NCBI RefSeq assembly: GCF_964194155.1
Contig: NC_135885.1
Span: forward strand, 21,514,001 to 21,578,000
Length of the DNA: 64,000 nt
From: Cetorhinus maximus
Lineage: Eukaryota
Direction: 5' to 3'
Within the stretch, counting starts at the first letter, position 1; the number at the start of each line of letters is the position of its first letter. Of the stretch, positions 62,590 through 64,000 are shown piece by piece. The position numbers were made by a program, and so were the translations under genes. Below the pieces are notes generated by a model, which made no database searches, was not told where the DNA came from, and worked only from the letters and a program-made list of their open reading frames with translations.

Positions 62590-63025
62590 GACTAAGCCCT
62601 GCCTCAGCTCACCTGCTGCTGAAACCCTCATCGAGTCCTTTTTTACCTCTAAACTTGACTATTGTAACACACTCCTCACTAGCTCCTTATATTCTACCCT
62701 TCATATACTTGAGGTCTTTCAAAACTCTGCTTCCTGTACCCTAACTTGAACCAAATTCCATTCACCCATCACCTCTGTGCTAGCCGACCCTGGTTAAACA
62801 GCACCTTGATTTTAAAATAATCATCCCTGTTTCAAATCCCGCCCTGGCCTCACCCCTCCTTATCTCTCTAATCTCCTCCAGCCCCATAGACCCCCCCACC
62901 GAGGTAGCTACGTTTCCCAAATCCTGGCCCCTTGAGCGTCCCTGATTTTTAATTGCCACACCTTTGCTGGTCATTCATTCAGCCCTAAACTCTGGAATTC
63001 CCTCCCTCAACCTCCCCGTCCCTCT
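62590..63025 (+). mobile_element. L2-type LINE ORF2 C-terminal fragment
   Basis: AETLI.SFFTSKLDYCNTLL-like and SPIT.VL-like L2 motifs. Confidence 0.7.
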
Positions 63026-63214
63026 GTTGAAGTGTAGTCACTGTTGTATTGTTGGAAACACAGCAGCCCCACAGCTTTATCCCTCAAGCTACTTGAGATA
63101 ATGACCGGTTAATCTGTTTCACTGCTACTGGTTGATGGATAATTTTCACCAGGGCAGCAGGAAGATTTCACAGCTTTTCTTCAAATGCAAAACGCGAAAG
63201 AAAGAAAAAAGTTT

Positions 63215-64000
63215 TATTTATATTACCACCTTTTACAACTGCCTGGCGAACCAATTTCTTTACAGACAGCCGGCTACTTTTTGAGGCGTAGTCGCTTGTA
63301 ATGTTGGAAAAACTGCAGCCATTTTGCACAAAGCAAGCTCCTGCAAACAGCAATGTGATCATGACCTGATAAGCTAGCAACGTAGCAATAAGAGTAAGCC
63401 ACTTAGCCCCTCAAGCTTGTTCCCCAATTCAGTGAGATCATGGCTTATCTTTGACCTAACTCTATATAACCACCTTTGTGCCATATCCCTTGATATCCTT
63501 TGGATAACAAAAATCTATCCATCTCATTTTTAAAATTAACAATGGACATAGAATCACTTGCCATTTGCGAAAGAGCACTCCAAACCTGTACCATCCTTTG
63601 CTAGTATAAGTGTTTCCTAATTTCGTTCCTGAACACTCTGGCTCTAATTTTTAGATTACGCCCCCTAATCCTAGACTCCCCAACGTGTGGAAAATAGTTT
63701 CTCTCTATCTCTCCACCCTATCAGTTCCCCTTTAATATTTTAAAAACTTAAAGCAAATCATCCCTTAAACTTACCGATTCCAGGGAATACAGTCCTTGTT
63801 TGTGTAATCTCTCGTAATTTAACCCTCAAGTCCCAGAATCGTTCTGGTAAATCTCACCTGTTTTTTGTGATGATTGAGGGATAACTTCCCTGCTCTTCTT
63901 TGTAATGGTATCAAAGAATCTTTTACGTCCCCTGAGAGGGCAGATTACACCTCAGTTTAACATCCAATTTGAAAAAGGGACCCCCAGCAGTGCTGCACAC
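63215..64000 (-). mobile_element. DeuSINE split by a CR1 3' end (about 63385-63855)
   Basis: Deu tail at 63215-63372. The Deu body resumes at 63858-64000 with CR1 3' UTR in between. Confidence 0.68.

Overview
This is eukaryotic, repeat-dense DNA. The repeat content (CR1, L2, DeuSINE/SacSINE1-like, Penelope, Harbinger MITEs) suggests a cartilaginous fish such as a shark; that is an inference. The window lies inside a + strand P4-ATPase (phospholipid flippase) gene most similar to ATP10A. Eight internal exons with canonical AG/GT junctions splice into one open frame from 3206 to 58873, including the PISL motif and the DKTGTLT phosphorylation site. The introns hold many CR1 and L2 LINEs, an RTE, DeuSINEs, an internally deleted Gypsy element, a candidate solo LTR, Harbinger MITEs, a Harbinger Myb-like pseudogene, Penelope-like elements with minimal hammerhead ribozyme motifs, two 21-bp minisatellites and a 488-N gap. 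Three observations stand out. (1) One LINE family appears to start with a tRNA-derived Pol III head directly before its endonuclease, and shorter internally deleted SINE-like forms sit in the same window. (2) A Penelope insertion with a 15-bp TSD carries a core-intact minimal hammerhead, and there are back-to-back and retrozyme-like hammerhead derivatives elsewhere. (3) One MITE family has conserved internal hairpins with a compensatory base change. Repeat boundaries are approximate unless a TSD is given. Family names come from recognition, not from database searches.
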